Shown: positions 9,917 to 20,136 of the stretch, in pieces
Position numbering within the stretch: the stretch's first letter is position 1
Layout: each line of letters starts with the position of its first letter
NCBI GenBank assembly: GCA_963693095.2
Contig: OY843768.1
Location: 1,184,001 to 1,248,000, forward strand
Direction: 5' to 3'
Length of the DNA: 64,000 nucleotides
Source: Cenarchaeum sp.
Lineage (GTDB): Archaea > Thermoproteota > Nitrososphaeria > Nitrososphaerales > Nitrosopumilaceae
Notes under the pieces: model-generated
The model's database searches: none
Told to the model about the DNA's origin: nothing
The model's input: the letters and a program-made list of their open reading frames with translations, nothing else
Program-made: the position numbers and the translations under genes

Positions 9917-10756
9917 ATGCTCAACGAGGTGTATCGGCACGCCATGGAGAACAGGGAGAGGCTAGTCGGCTCGCTGGGCAACTATGGCGACATTGTGGAT
10001 GAGGCAAGGCGCCGCTGGACATGCCACGAGGCGCCGCGCAGGGAGCGTCCCGAGACGCTCGGCGTGGACGGAAGCTGCAACAGGATATCGTACCAGGGCT
10101 TGGAGATCTGGGTGTCCACCGCAGTGGCCGCATCGCCAGACGGCCGGATTGTGGAAGGCATGACGCCGAGGATGGGCATAGGGCGCAACACGAAACTGCA
10201 TGACACGATGCGCCAGATGGAGGCCGACGCGTGCGCCAAGGCGTCGGACCTCGCCGAGATCGTCCTCGTGGACGGCTCGCTGCGCACAGTCTTTATCGCC
10301 GATGACGAGGGCTCAAGGAACGACCTCTTGCGCCTCCTGCGCGGCAACGAGACGCGGATCATATTTGTCTCAAAGACATCCGAGGTCGACTTTGAGTTTG
10401 GCGACATGGGCGCAATTGCCGGCGACATTTACTATTACGGGCTGGCAAGCTGCGAGCCGGGGTTTAGCGACATTCTAGTAAAGGAGGCGCCGCGCACAAG
10501 CATGCCGATATCCTCGACATATGCGCGCCTTGCGCGCTCGGCACCGCTCATGAAGGTCGAGATGCTCGGCGACGGCATAGGAGAGGGTGACGTTCGCGGC
10601 CTCCTCGCGCAGCTGGGAGCGCAGTGCGCAGGAGGGTACCCGCAGGCGCTGCGGCAGGCCCACAACGAGTGCACGATCACCAACGACACGATGGACGCGA
10701 TTGCCGGAATATTTGGAATCAGCGGCGCAGTTGGCTCGAGGGCGATCCTGCAATGA
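9917..10756 (+). CDS. nurA: NurA 5'-3' nuclease
   Basis: GVDGS, LVDGSL, VSKTS, GYPQALRQAH; first gene of the nurA-herA-mre11-rad50 operon. Confidence 0.88.
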   Translation: MLNEVYRHAMENRERLVGSLGNYGDIVDEARRRWTCHEAPRRERPETLGVDGSCNRISYQGLEIWVSTAVAASPDGRIVEGMTPRMGIGRNTKLHDTMRQMEADACAKASDLAEIVLVDGSLRTVFIADDEGSRNDLLRLLRGNETRIIFVSKTSEVDFEFGDMGAIAGDIYYYGLASCEPGFSDILVKEAPRTSMPISSTYARLARSAPLMKVEMLGDGIGEGDVRGLLAQLGAQCAGGYPQALRQAHNECTITNDTMDAIAGIFGISGAVGSRAILQ

Positions 10757-12306
10757 GCGACGAGCGCCGCGGATTTGTGACTGGCGAGCCGATCTCATCA
10801 AAGGTCGAGGCCATAACGTCAAGGCCGTTTGCAGTGGGCGAGTATGTCATAATTGAGCTCGAGAAGACAAAGGTCCTCGGCATGGTCGAGGAGTCAGTCG
10901 TTCGCAGCGCGACGCTCTCGGACGTGCCAAATTTCGAGTATGCCGAGGAGCTAGTCGACATTGTGCGCGCCAACACGCGCGACAAGCGCCACACGGCGTC
11001 AATATCCATCATCGGCTCACTAGAGGCGATCCGGCGAGGGCGGCCAGAGATACCCGCAATCCCGCCGCTGCCGGGCAGCAGCGTCTCCATAGCCAGTGCG
11101 AAGAGCCTGACGGAGGTCTTTGCGCCAGGGGGGAGCCAGTGGGCCAGGGTCGGCACGCTCATGCGCAACTCCGACGTGGACGTAAAGGTAAACCTGGACA
11201 AGGCAGTCTCTAGGCATGTCGCAATACTGGCAATGACCGGCATGGGCAAGAGCAACACGGTCTCGCTGCTGACGCGCGAGATGGCCTCGCGCGGCGGAAC
11301 CGTGGTGATATTTGACTATCATGGAGAGTACGCCTCGCTGCGCATACCCGGCATAAACTCACTAGACGCAAAGATAAACCCGCGCCGCCTCGGCGCCGAG
11401 GAGCTCGCCGACATGCTAGACTTTAGGGCCAACGCCGACAAGCAGCGCGCCGTCCTGTCCAGGGCGCTCACGTCAGACGTCAGGAAGGCCAAGGATTTTT
11501 GGAACGCGCTCATCGACTCGATACAGGTGAGCGCCGAGGACTCCAAATCAAAGCATGTCGTCCACAGGGTCATCGAGAAGGTCGAGTATGCGGTAAAGAA
11601 GATGGGCGACATACTCGATCCGGAGATAGACGACCCCATGGCCCTCATAAAGCCAGGGCGCGCCAACGTTCTTGGCACGTCCGAGTTTGGCGAAAAGCAG
11701 GCCAACACCGCACTTGCGTTCTATATGAGAAACATACTTGATGACAGAAAGGAGGCCACGATTGCGGGCAGGCATGGAAGGGGCGCGGACGTCAGGTTTA
11801 CGTCCCCCGTGTTTATTGTCATAGAGGAGGCACACGTGTTCGTCCCCAGGGATCGCGACACGGGCGCAAAGGACATGGCCGCAAAGATAGCGCGCGAGGG
11901 CCGCAAGTTTGGAGTCGGAATGTGCATAGTGTCGCAAAGGCCACGCGCGCTGGATCTTGCGGTCCTGAGCCAGATGAGCTCGTTTGCCGTCATGCGCATG
12001 ATACAGCAGGACGACCAGAGGCAAGTCGAGACCGCATCCGAGTCGGCCGGAAAGGCACTCATCGCGCAGCTCTCCACGCTCAACGTCGGCGAGGCTGTCC
12101 TGACGGGCCAGTGGACTCCCCTCAACGCCATGGTTCGCATTGACGAGATAAGCGAAAAGATTTCCGGCGCAGACCAGAGCGCAACGACTGACTGGGCCAC
12201 AGAGTCAAAAAAGCAGGGTGCCGGAGTCGAGAGGGTGAGCGAGATGATCCAGACGGACAAGCTAAGGCCGCGTGAGCAGGGCGGGGCAGGGCAGAGGCGG
12301 GCATGA
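10753..12306 (+). CDS. herA: HerA helicase/ATPase
   Basis: HAS-barrel N-terminus, RHVAILAMTGMGKS, IEEAH, REGRKFG, SQRP. Confidence 0.93.
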   Translation: MSDERRGFVTGEPISSKVEAITSRPFAVGEYVIIELEKTKVLGMVEESVVRSATLSDVPNFEYAEELVDIVRANTRDKRHTASISIIGSLEAIRRGRPEIPAIPPLPGSSVSIASAKSLTEVFAPGGSQWARVGTLMRNSDVDVKVNLDKAVSRHVAILAMTGMGKSNTVSLLTREMASRGGTVVIFDYHGEYASLRIPGINSLDAKINPRRLGAEELADMLDFRANADKQRAVLSRALTSDVRKAKDFWNALIDSIQVSAEDSKSKHVVHRVIEKVEYAVKKMGDILDPEIDDPMALIKPGRANVLGTSEFGEKQANTALAFYMRNILDDRKEATIAGRHGRGADVRFTSPVFIVIEEAHVFVPRDRDTGAKDMAAKIAREGRKFGVGMCIVSQRPRALDLAVLSQMSSFAVMRMIQQDDQRQVETASESAGKALIAQLSTLNVGEAVLTGQWTPLNAMVRIDEISEKISGADQSATTDWATESKKQGAGVERVSEMIQTDKLRPREQGGAGQRRA

Positions 12307-13451
12307 GATTTGCGCACATATCTGACATGCACCTGGGCCAGACACAGTACGGCAGGGCAGAGCGCGAGGATGACATGTATGACGCCTTTGATGAGGCAGT
12401 GGACATCTCGATCAAGGACAGGGTCGACTTTGCCGTACTCGCCGGCGACCTGTTTGACAAGCCGGTTCCAAGCGGCCGTGCCATAGTCTCCCTTGGCAAC
12501 TCGCTCAAGAGGCTAAGTGACGCCGACATAAAGGCGTACTTTATACTCGGCGAGCACGACGTCAGCAGGGTCAGGGCAACGCCGGTCGCACAAGTGTACC
12601 ACAACCTCGAGGTCGCCGATTACATTGGCCACGGCACGCCAGTGATGCACAAGGACACGCTTCTAGTCGGCATGGACAAGAAGCGCCGTGATGAGATGCC
12701 CGAGCATGCCGAGGTCATGGCCAGGGCCGATGCGGCCGCAAGGGCGCACACCGGTCGCAGCGTGCTAGTCATGCACCAGGGACTCATGGAGGTCAACAAG
12801 TTTGCCGGCGAGATCGCCGTCTCGGAGATGCCAAAGTCGTTCTCCTACTATGCGATGGGCCACCTGCACGACAGGCACGAAAGGCGCTTTGAGTCCCTCG
12901 GCGGCCCCCTTGCGTATCCCGGCTCGACGGAGGTGAGCTCGATGGAGGGCATACGCGGCACGAAAAAGGGGTTCTATGAGGTCGACATCTCCGGCGAGGA
13001 GGCGTCCATGGACTGGATCGCCCTAGACACGCGCCCACACGTCTCATTTGACGCCGAGTACGACGCCATGGGCTCGCGCGTCGCCGAGATCGTCGCCGAG
13101 ATAAGGCGGCTAAAAAAGAGCCCTGTCGTCAGGCTCAACGTGAGTGGCCCAAAGGTCGACGTGGGAGCGGCACACGAGCAGGCCGTGCCGATTCGCGAGG
13201 CTGCCCTCCACCTGCAGGTCAACGCAAGCCACACGGAGGGTAGCGAGGGCGCAGGGGAGGTCATGGTCGAGAGGCCCGTGCACATGGACGACGAGCGTGC
13301 GCGCCTGGCCGAGAAGGCCCTGGGCGACGGGTCGCTCTCGAATCTTGCGCTAAAGGCGCTCCTGCCCCTCCTCTCTGCTGGCAGAATGGACGAGGCACTA
13401 AAGGTGGTCATGGACGACTATGAGAGTTTCAGGAAGGGGCGTACAAAATGA
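12303..13451 (+). CDS. mre11: Mre11 nuclease
   Basis: SDMHLG, GDLFD, GEHD, MHQ, MGHLH, YPGS metallophosphoesterase motifs. Confidence 0.93.
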   Translation: MRFAHISDMHLGQTQYGRAEREDDMYDAFDEAVDISIKDRVDFAVLAGDLFDKPVPSGRAIVSLGNSLKRLSDADIKAYFILGEHDVSRVRATPVAQVYHNLEVADYIGHGTPVMHKDTLLVGMDKKRRDEMPEHAEVMARADAAARAHTGRSVLVMHQGLMEVNKFAGEIAVSEMPKSFSYYAMGHLHDRHERRFESLGGPLAYPGSTEVSSMEGIRGTKKGFYEVDISGEEASMDWIALDTRPHVSFDAEYDAMGSRVAEIVAEIRRLKKSPVVRLNVSGPKVDVGAAHEQAVPIREAALHLQVNASHTEGSEGAGEVMVERPVHMDDERARLAEKALGDGSLSNLALKALLPLLSAGRMDEALKVVMDDYESFRKGRTK

Positions 13452-16400
13452 TTATCGAAGTCGAGCTCGTGGACTTTTTGTCGCATGGCACAACAAGCGT
13501 AAAATTTGGTCCCGGAATGAACGTCATAGTCGGGCCCAACGGTGCCGGCAAGTCAAGCATTGTTGATGCAATAACGTTCGCGTTCTTTGGCAAGCACACG
13601 CGCAAGGTGAACAAGCTGCTCATACGCCACGGTGCCACGTCAGGATACGCAACGGTGATCTTTGAGGTTGGAGACAGGCGATTCATGGCCACAAGAAAGC
13701 TAAAGACGGGTGGTGCCGCAACGCCCACGCTGTACGAATGGTCAGACAAGACATGGGTCAATGTGGCCGCAGGCGAACGAAGGCAGATGGACGAGTCAAC
13801 GACGCGCGTGATTGAGGACATTGTCGGTATGGACTTTGAAAAGATGCAGATAGCGTCAATAATAAGGCAGGGCGAGCTGGCCGACATAGTGCGCGAGTCG
13901 CCCAAGGAGTTCAAGACGCGCATCAACGACATTATCGGGAACAGTGACCTTGATGTGGCCGATGGAATGATGGCCGACCTGCTTGCGGGGTTCCGCAACA
14001 GCATTCGTGACAGGCTTGGGCATGATGACCTGCACCTGCCCACGATCACCGCCGAACTCGAGGATGACAGGGCCGAGTCCCAAAAGGCCGGCGCCGAGAT
14101 GCGAGCGCTAGCCGCCGAGCGCGCAGAGGCCGAGGCTGGGATAAAGGCGCTGGAGGACGAGGCCTCGCGCGCCGAGGAAGGCGCGAGGGCCAGGGGAGAG
14201 CTCGAGGCAAGGAGCGCCGAGCTCGCAAAGTATGCGAGTGAGGCGGGCCGCGAGGCCGCAGCCGACAGGGACAGGATCGCCGGCGAGGCCGCCGAGTGCC
14301 GCAGGCGCCTCGGCGAGTGCGAGGCCGGCGGTGGCGGCGGCGCTGATGCCATGAGGTCGCGCGCGGCCGCTATCGAGGCCGAGCTCGCACGCGCCGAGGA
14401 GGGCTCGAGGGCCAGGGGAGAGCTCGAGGCAAGGGGTGCCGAGCTCGCAAAGTATGCGAGTGAGGCGGGCCGCGAGGCCGCAGGCGACAGGGACAGGATC
14501 GCCGGCGAGGCCGCCGAGTGCCGCAGGCGCCTCGGCGAGTGCGAGGCCGGCGGTGGCGGCGGCGCTGATGCCATGAGGTCGCGCGCGGCCGCCGTCGAGG
14601 CCGAGCTCACACGCGCCGAGGAAGGCGCGAGGGCCAGTGGCGAGCTAGATGTGAGGAGAAAGGAGCTCGCCGGACATGCGAAGCAGAGGGGTCGCGAGGC
14701 CGCCGCCGACAGGGACAGGATCGCTGGCGTGGCCGCCGAGTGCCGCAGTCTCCTTGATGTTGCCCGGACCGCCGGAGAGGTGGCCACAAGGCTCGAGGAG
14801 GCGCGGCATGAGTTGGAGGCCGAGGCAGAGCTTGTGACCTCCGATGAAAAAAAGACGGCAGCTCTGGAGGAACAGACTGTTATTGCAGGCAGGCTCACAC
14901 TAAAAGACGGCAAGTGTCCCGTATGCGACTCGCGCGTGAGCAGCCTAAACCCACTGTTCGCAATAGAGCACATCAAGGACGAGATGGAGCGCACCCTGGC
15001 AGACACAAGGGTTCACAAGGAGGCCGTGAAACGACACACCTCTAGGATTGACGAGCTCACAGTGCAGGAGAGGCAGGCAATGAAGGCAAAGAGCGCACTC
15101 GATGCGCACAATGTGAGCAGTGTCGATGACATTGAGGCCATGTCCAAAAGGGCCGTCGCGCTAGAAGAGACGATCAGCATGGCCGAGGCGTGCGCGCGCG
15201 GCGACTGGCAGGCCGGCGCGGGCATCGACTCGCAGGCCAGGGCGCATTGCGAGGCCATCGCGTCTCTGGAGGAGACGGCAGGGCGCGCCGGCGCGCGGCC
15301 AGTCGAGGAGCTCGAGTCCGAGCTCACAGCAGTGCGCCATGCGATCGACGCAGTGACGTTCCTAGAGGCCCACTCGGTGGGCGGCGCGGCTGACATTGAC
15401 GCAATGGAGCGTAGGGCCGAGGCGCTCGGAGCAGTGGCCGAGATGGCCGAGGCGTGTGCGCGCGGCGACTGGCAGGCCGGCGCGGGCATCGACTCGCAGG
15501 CCAGGGCGCACTGCGAGGCCATCGCGGCCCTGGAGGAGAGGGTCGCCGGCGCCGGCGGGCGGCCAGCAGGGGAGATCAGGGCCGAGCTCGAGGCCGTGCG
15601 GCGCGCGATCGACGCAGCAACGTTCCTGGAGGCGCACTCGGTGGGCGGCGCGGCAGACATCGAGGACATGGAGCGCAAGGCCGAGGGGCTAGACGCCGTG
15701 GTGGGCATGGCCGAGGCGTGCGCGCGCGGCGACTGGCAGGCCGGCGCGGGCATCGACTCGCAGGCCAGGGCGCACTGCGAGGCCATCGCGGCCCTGGAGG
15801 AGACGGCAGGACGCGCCGGCGGGAGGGGCGTCGCCGAGATCACCGCAGAGCTCAAGGACGCAAAGGCCGCCCTAGACGGCGTAAACCGGAGGCACGGCGG
15901 CGCCGAACAGCGCGCAAGGGCGCTCGCCGACAGCATCTCAAAGAACGGCAGGCTCTCTGCGGAGCTCGAGACGGTCAGCGCGTATGTCAGGAGGCTAGAC
16001 TCGATCAGGGACGTCTTTAGGCGCGACGGGCCGGTGGCGACTAGCATGAGATCATGGGCACTAGACGAGATAGCAAGGGGAAGCACCGAGCACCTGGGCC
16101 TGCTTGACACGAGAATAAACAGGATTACGCTCTCAGAGAAGGACAGAAACGTGACAGTAACATGCCATGCCGGAGTCACCACAAGCGGCGTCTACTCGCT
16201 GAGCGGCGGCGAGCAGGTCTGCGTGGCGCTGGCCCTACGCCTCGGAATGGCAAGGCTACTCGGGCCTAGTGGGCCAAGATACGTCATACTCGACGAGCCG
16301 ACTGCGCACCTTGACGAGGAGCGCAGAAAGGCGCTAGCGCACGTGCTCACAAACCTGTCCGGAGCATCTGAGGGAAGGGCGCCCATGCAGTTTATCATGA

Positions 16401-16507
16401 TAACGCATGATGCCGAGATATTTGGCGAGGCGCCAGTGGAGAGGTGCTATAGGTTTGAGCCCGGCGAGCGCGGGACCGTTGTGTCAGAGCTTGGCCGCGG
16501 CGACTAG
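13448..16507 (+). CDS. rad50: Rad50 ATPase with expanded coiled coil
   Basis: Walker A GPNGAGKSS, Q-loop IRQGE, Zn hook CPVC (14915-14926), LSGGE, ILDEPT, ITH. Confidence 0.93.
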   Translation: MIIEVELVDFLSHGTTSVKFGPGMNVIVGPNGAGKSSIVDAITFAFFGKHTRKVNKLLIRHGATSGYATVIFEVGDRRFMATRKLKTGGAATPTLYEWSDKTWVNVAAGERRQMDESTTRVIEDIVGMDFEKMQIASIIRQGELADIVRESPKEFKTRINDIIGNSDLDVADGMMADLLAGFRNSIRDRLGHDDLHLPTITAELEDDRAESQKAGAEMRALAAERAEAEAGIKALEDEASRAEEGARARGELEARSAELAKYASEAGREAAADRDRIAGEAAECRRRLGECEAGGGGGADAMRSRAAAIEAELARAEEGSRARGELEARGAELAKYASEAGREAAGDRDRIAGEAAECRRRLGECEAGGGGGADAMRSRAAAVEAELTRAEEGARASGELDVRRKELAGHAKQRGREAAADRDRIAGVAAECRSLLDVARTAGEVATRLEEARHELEAEAELVTSDEKKTAALEEQTVIAGRLTLKDGKCPVCDSRVSSLNPLFAIEHIKDEMERTLADTRVHKEAVKRHTSRIDELTVQERQAMKAKSALDAHNVSSVDDIEAMSKRAVALEETISMAEACARGDWQAGAGIDSQARAHCEAIASLEETAGRAGARPVEELESELTAVRHAIDAVTFLEAHSVGGAADIDAMERRAEALGAVAEMAEACARGDWQAGAGIDSQARAHCEAIAALEERVAGAGGRPAGEIRAELEAVRRAIDAATFLEAHSVGGAADIEDMERKAEGLDAVVGMAEACARGDWQAGAGIDSQARAHCEAIAALEETAGRAGGRGVAEITAELKDAKAALDGVNRRHGGAEQRARALADSISKNGRLSAELETVSAYVRRLDSIRDVFRRDGPVATSMRSWALDEIARGSTEHLGLLDTRINRITLSEKDRNVTVTCHAGVTTSGVYSLSGGEQVCVALALRLGMARLLGPSGPRYVILDEPTAHLDEERRKALAHVLTNLSGASEGRAPMQFIMITHDAEIFGEAPVERCYRFEPGERGTVVSELGRGD
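14171..14745 (+). repeat. 222-bp tandem repeat x~3 (74 aa) in the Rad50 N-terminal arm
   Basis: Units start at 14171, 14393 and 14615; the first two are nearly identical. Confidence 0.9.
15179..15830 (+). repeat. 264-bp tandem repeat x~3 (88 aa) in the Rad50 C-terminal arm
   Basis: MAEACARGDWQAGAGIDSQARAHCEAIA encoded at 15179, 15443 and 15707. Confidence 0.9.
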
Positions 16508-16992
16508 CCGCCTGTGAGCTTTGCAAATTTTGGGTTCTTGCTCAGGTTTTCCATGAACTCAATGTTGGATAGCGCGACTATTGCAGAGTCGACTACTGGC
16601 TTGTCAGCATCGCCTAGGGCAGACTCTAGGGCCTTGCGCGACTCGGGTGAGCCGATCACCCCAAGCGCAATGGCGGCCTCGTGGCGCACAAACATGCTAG
16701 AGTCCCCAAGGGTTGCGTCTGCTAGCGGCGCCACGCATGACGAGTAGCACATCTGACCTAGCGAAAAGGCCGCCTCGTGGCGCACGAGCTCGTTTGGGTC
16801 ATCCTTGAGCACGCGCGCAATGTGGGGAACCTTGTCCTCGCCCCCAAAGTCCACGAGGATGCAGGTTGCGCGCGTGCGAACCACATAGTCATTGTGGTCT
16901 AGAAGAGCCACAAAATAGCCCGTGTCCTTGGCCTCATACCGTGACTCCATCTCGGCGAACGTGCGCATCCTCTCCTCGGTTACTGCCTGCAA
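16504..16992 (-). CDS. HEAT/PBS-lyase repeat protein (DOHH-like repeats)
   Basis: LVRHEAAFSLGQ and FVRHEAAIALG; TTG start inferred. Confidence 0.8.
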   Translation of the reverse strand: MQAVTEERMRTFAEMESRYEAKDTGYFVALLDHNDYVVRTRATCILVDFGGEDKVPHIARVLKDDPNELVRHEAAFSLGQMCYSSCVAPLADATLGDSSMFVRHEAAIALGVIGSPESRKALESALGDADKPVVDSAIVALSNIEFMENLSKNPKFAKLTGG

Positions 16993-17437
16993 CGGCGCGC
17001 GTCGTCTAGCGCCCCGTATTATACATTGGCAGGCCCGCGTCCAAAACACCCGTGCAGTGCAGATCGATCCATCTTGCAACGATCCTGCCGCAGCAGCCAC
17101 TGCCACGGTGGCGCGCATGGCGACATCTCGTGCCGTGTCAGCCTCCCGCCCGTGTGCTGCCACCTCCCACAATTGCCAACTAGCGGATCATCAACGTTGT
17201 GTCACGAGTGTGCCCTGAGGAGATCGCATGGGCATTGGCGTCAGGGGAGCCAATGTGCCAAGCGCTGCTAGCCATGGTATGCCACGCTGACAGGCCAGAG
17301 CGGCATTTCCAAATTGGTCTAGCGCACCACCTGCCAGACAGCACACATGTGATGACACAGGGGCAACTGTTGTCCAACGAGTCTTCAATGAATTCCTAAA
17401 CCAGTCAGGCGCCTTTGTGATTTTAGCAGCACGTTGG

Positions 17438-17959
17438 CTATGACGCAACAGAGGGCAATCCCATACGCGAGATAGTCATGTCCCTAACCTCGTCAAACCG
17501 CCCGTCAAGATGAGCCTGACCCTTTTCAATATTCACAAGTCTAGAATCAACCACCTGCATTTGATCTGCCCGTTCCTTTCGATCTTGCGCACGCTCGTCC
17601 TGGCGATCCTTGAGATCCTGCGCACGCTCGGCCTGGCGCGCCTTGAGATCCGCCTCACGTTCGTCCTTGTGTGCCTTGAGATCCTTCTCGCGCTCGGCCT
17701 GGCGATCCTTGAGATCCTGCGCACGCTCGGCCTGGCGATCCTTGAGATCCTTCTCGTGCATGACATTTCTGTTCGCGATCTCGCCGTCGAGCTTGTCGCA
17801 CATCTTGTTGATCGCCCCAAGGAACTCCTTCCGGTCTTCCTCACGGTCTTTCTTGCGCTGCTGTTCTGTTGCGCGAGCCCACTTTCGCGTCTCTATTGCG
17901 ACGTACATGATGACTCCGAACAGCGACAGCGCTATTGTGAGGAATGTTGCCTCGATCAC
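17438..17959 (-). CDS. N-terminally membrane-anchored coiled-coil protein with 11-aa repeats (family member 1)
   Basis: One TM helix, repeats such as DLKDRQAERAQ (33 bp), C-terminal LDGRFDEV; GTG start. Confidence 0.75.
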   Translation of the reverse strand: MIEATFLTIALSLFGVIMYVAIETRKWARATEQQRKKDREEDRKEFLGAINKMCDKLDGEIANRNVMHEKDLKDRQAERAQDLKDRQAEREKDLKAHKDEREADLKARQAERAQDLKDRQDERAQDRKERADQMQVVDSRLVNIEKGQAHLDGRFDEVRDMTISRMGLPSVAS

Positions 17960-17973
17960 GTCAAGCCTTGAGC

Positions 17974-17987
17974 AATTTTCAATATAA
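17974..17987 (-). promoter_or_regulatory. Extended TATA motif TTATATTGAAAATT
   Basis: 14 nt upstream of GTG 17959; matches four other copies. Confidence 0.7.
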
Positions 17988-18202
17988 GCATATCCGGGGC
18001 ATCAGGCGTGGACTCGCAGAATATCGGCAGGCGGCAGGAAATATCCCAATCTTGCCCATGGGGCGCCCCGTGGCAGCCACGCCCACGCACGCCATGATCC
18101 CCGCTAGGCAGGCGCCCCCACACAGACTGCCAGTCACACAAGGGGGGAATAGGATTTGACCCGTTAAATTTATCAACGAATAGGTTGTGAGACAGGGCAG
18201 GC

Positions 18203-19012
18203 ATGGACACGCACATGGAGTCCCACGTAGGCGCCGCAGGGCAGCACCCACAGACGAGGGATGCCAAGTGCGTCTATCATGGGACAAGGTGCCTAGTTCC
18301 ATGCGACGGCGAGATTGTGTGCAGACTGTTTGGCAATGTCGTGGGCAGGGTGGAGGAGTCAGACATTGCCCACAGCGATTCGCACGAGTTCCCCTCGGCC
18401 AGGTTTGGCGCGGGTGCAGTTTCTGAGTCCCTGGGAACCGCAAGCCCAAAGATCGGGGGCAAGGCTCGAAAAGTCTACACGAAATACGATGGAGACCGCA
18501 TTTGGAGATATAGGATAGGCCATATCGCCGACCATTTTGGCATAGGAAGATCAGTCAGGAGCGAGATAGAGTTTGTCTTTTCTCAACTCAGGCGCAAGAC
18601 CAACCGCAGGCCATCGCACATACTATTTTTCGCAGTTTACAACACGTGCAGGGAAAGAGGGGCATGTGTGGTGAGTGAGCACGAGTTGCGCAAGGTAATG
18701 TGCCATTGCTGCAACCTTCAAAGCATGCACAGCGCATTGAAGATATACGGGATGTTTGCCGTGGAAGCACGGAGGCTTGGGCTGTACAGTGGACACAACA
18801 CGTCTGGATTTTACTTTAACACATTCCTCAACACGACTGCCAGGGCACTTGACCTAGACGAGTCAGACAGGCAGGCCCTGTGGAGAAAGGCCCACCAGCG
18901 ATACTTGCTCCTTCCTGCATCCATGAGTGAAAAGTACCGCACGAGAAGCACGTTTCGCGCAGTGCTAGGAAAGCGCGTGTTTGAGTCCATAAAGGGCGAG
19001 GTGAAATACTGA
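18203..19012 (+). CDS. Divergent TFIIB/TFB-like protein (degenerate Zn ribbon plus cyclin-like helices)
   Basis: CVYH...DGEIVCRLFGNVVG resembles the TFB ribbon GEIVCxxCGxV; IGHIADHFGI..EIEFVF..FFAVYNTCRE resembles a cyclin repeat. Confidence 0.6.
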   Translation: MDTHMESHVGAAGQHPQTRDAKCVYHGTRCLVPCDGEIVCRLFGNVVGRVEESDIAHSDSHEFPSARFGAGAVSESLGTASPKIGGKARKVYTKYDGDRIWRYRIGHIADHFGIGRSVRSEIEFVFSQLRRKTNRRPSHILFFAVYNTCRERGACVVSEHELRKVMCHCCNLQSMHSALKIYGMFAVEARRLGLYSGHNTSGFYFNTFLNTTARALDLDESDRQALWRKAHQRYLLLPASMSEKYRTRSTFRAVLGKRVFESIKGEVKY

Positions 19013-20136
19013 TGAAAAAGGCAGGCATTGAGAGTGGCAAGATACACATGTTGAGGATAGATGATCTAATTCACGCGCCGGTGCCCATACACGTGCATTC
19101 ACAAAAGCAGATGAACCACATTTCAGCCAAAATGCTCAAGGATGAGCAAGAAAAGACCATACTAGTTGCGGCCCTAGGCGATCAAATGTACATAATAGAC
19201 GGGCACCTAATGGCCGAGGTTTACCGCAGAAATGGCAGGAAGGCCATAGCGGCGAGGGTCTGCACCGCCAAAAACGAGCAGGAAGTCATCGCCATGCACA
19301 TACGCCATAACATGAGCAACCCTCCCAACCCCGTACAGCTCCTCGAGGCAATAATGTACATGAGGGAACGCAGTGAGACTGACGAGGAGATATGCGACAG
19401 CCTAAACATGAACAAGGGCACAGCGGGGATACTCAAGCTGAGCGTCAATGCGGATGCGCTAAACGAGATGAGGGGGGTTATCGAGGACGTCTCAACGGTC
19501 TACTATTCGATCCACCACACATTTCCCATGTATCTCCTAGAATGGGTCTTCAAGCAGCACATAGAGCGCCAGCACGATGCCGCAACTGCGCTACGGCAGG
19601 TAGTCGCAGATTCCTGCAAGGGCCTTGAGCACAAGTTTGTCTGGCCCACAATAATGGAGGTGCGCATCAGGCAGAGCTACAACGGTGATGACAAGGATGC
19701 AGACGCCGGACCAGTTGGAATACCCCTGAGGGTCCATAGCGACGGAGCCAGGGGGAGGCCTTTGGGGAGCAGCAGCGCATCTGACGTCATAAAGGAGGCG
19801 CCCGGCACAAGCGAGTTGAGCCACATAAACGACAACACCCCCACATCGCGCAGGAGGGTGGTGTTCAAGTGCCCGCACGGCTCGGTGATGTATGTCGACG
19901 GCAAGTCGCGCGCGTACCATTTGGACGATGAGGGCGCCGACAATGTCACCTACATGCGGCGCCTAGACGACGAGGAGGGCGTGTACCAGATATCCGGCAG
20001 AACGCTGAGGTTTCTGCGCGCAAAAAATGGCAAGGTATGCCTCAAGGAGTGCACGCCGACGCAGCTTGCAAAGCTGGTCACAAAGATCAAGAAGGGGCGG
20101 ATAAATGTCTGCATTCTTTCCTCAGAGAACCTTTGA
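19012..20136 (+). CDS. ParB/Sulfiredoxin-like N-terminal domain protein with HTH-like segment
   Basis: ILVAA..MYIIDGH, then HN..NPVQLLEAI..EEICDSLNM. Confidence 0.65.
   Translation: MKKAGIESGKIHMLRIDDLIHAPVPIHVHSQKQMNHISAKMLKDEQEKTILVAALGDQMYIIDGHLMAEVYRRNGRKAIAARVCTAKNEQEVIAMHIRHNMSNPPNPVQLLEAIMYMRERSETDEEICDSLNMNKGTAGILKLSVNADALNEMRGVIEDVSTVYYSIHHTFPMYLLEWVFKQHIERQHDAATALRQVVADSCKGLEHKFVWPTIMEVRIRQSYNGDDKDADAGPVGIPLRVHSDGARGRPLGSSSASDVIKEAPGTSELSHINDNTPTSRRRVVFKCPHGSVMYVDGKSRAYHLDDEGADNVTYMRRLDDEEGVYQISGRTLRFLRAKNGKVCLKECTPTQLAKLVTKIKKGRINVCILSSENL

Noticed and set aside
10753-12306. HerA as the VirD4/CedB of the transfer system
   Set aside because: It sits in the canonical nurA-herA-mre11-rad50 operon
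13429-16182. 525-aa and 389-aa minus-strand ORFs
   Set aside because: Antisense shadows of the GC-rich rad50
17000-17437. ncRNA or small gene in the long intergenic gap
   Set aside because: No convincing fold, repeat or coding signal by eye
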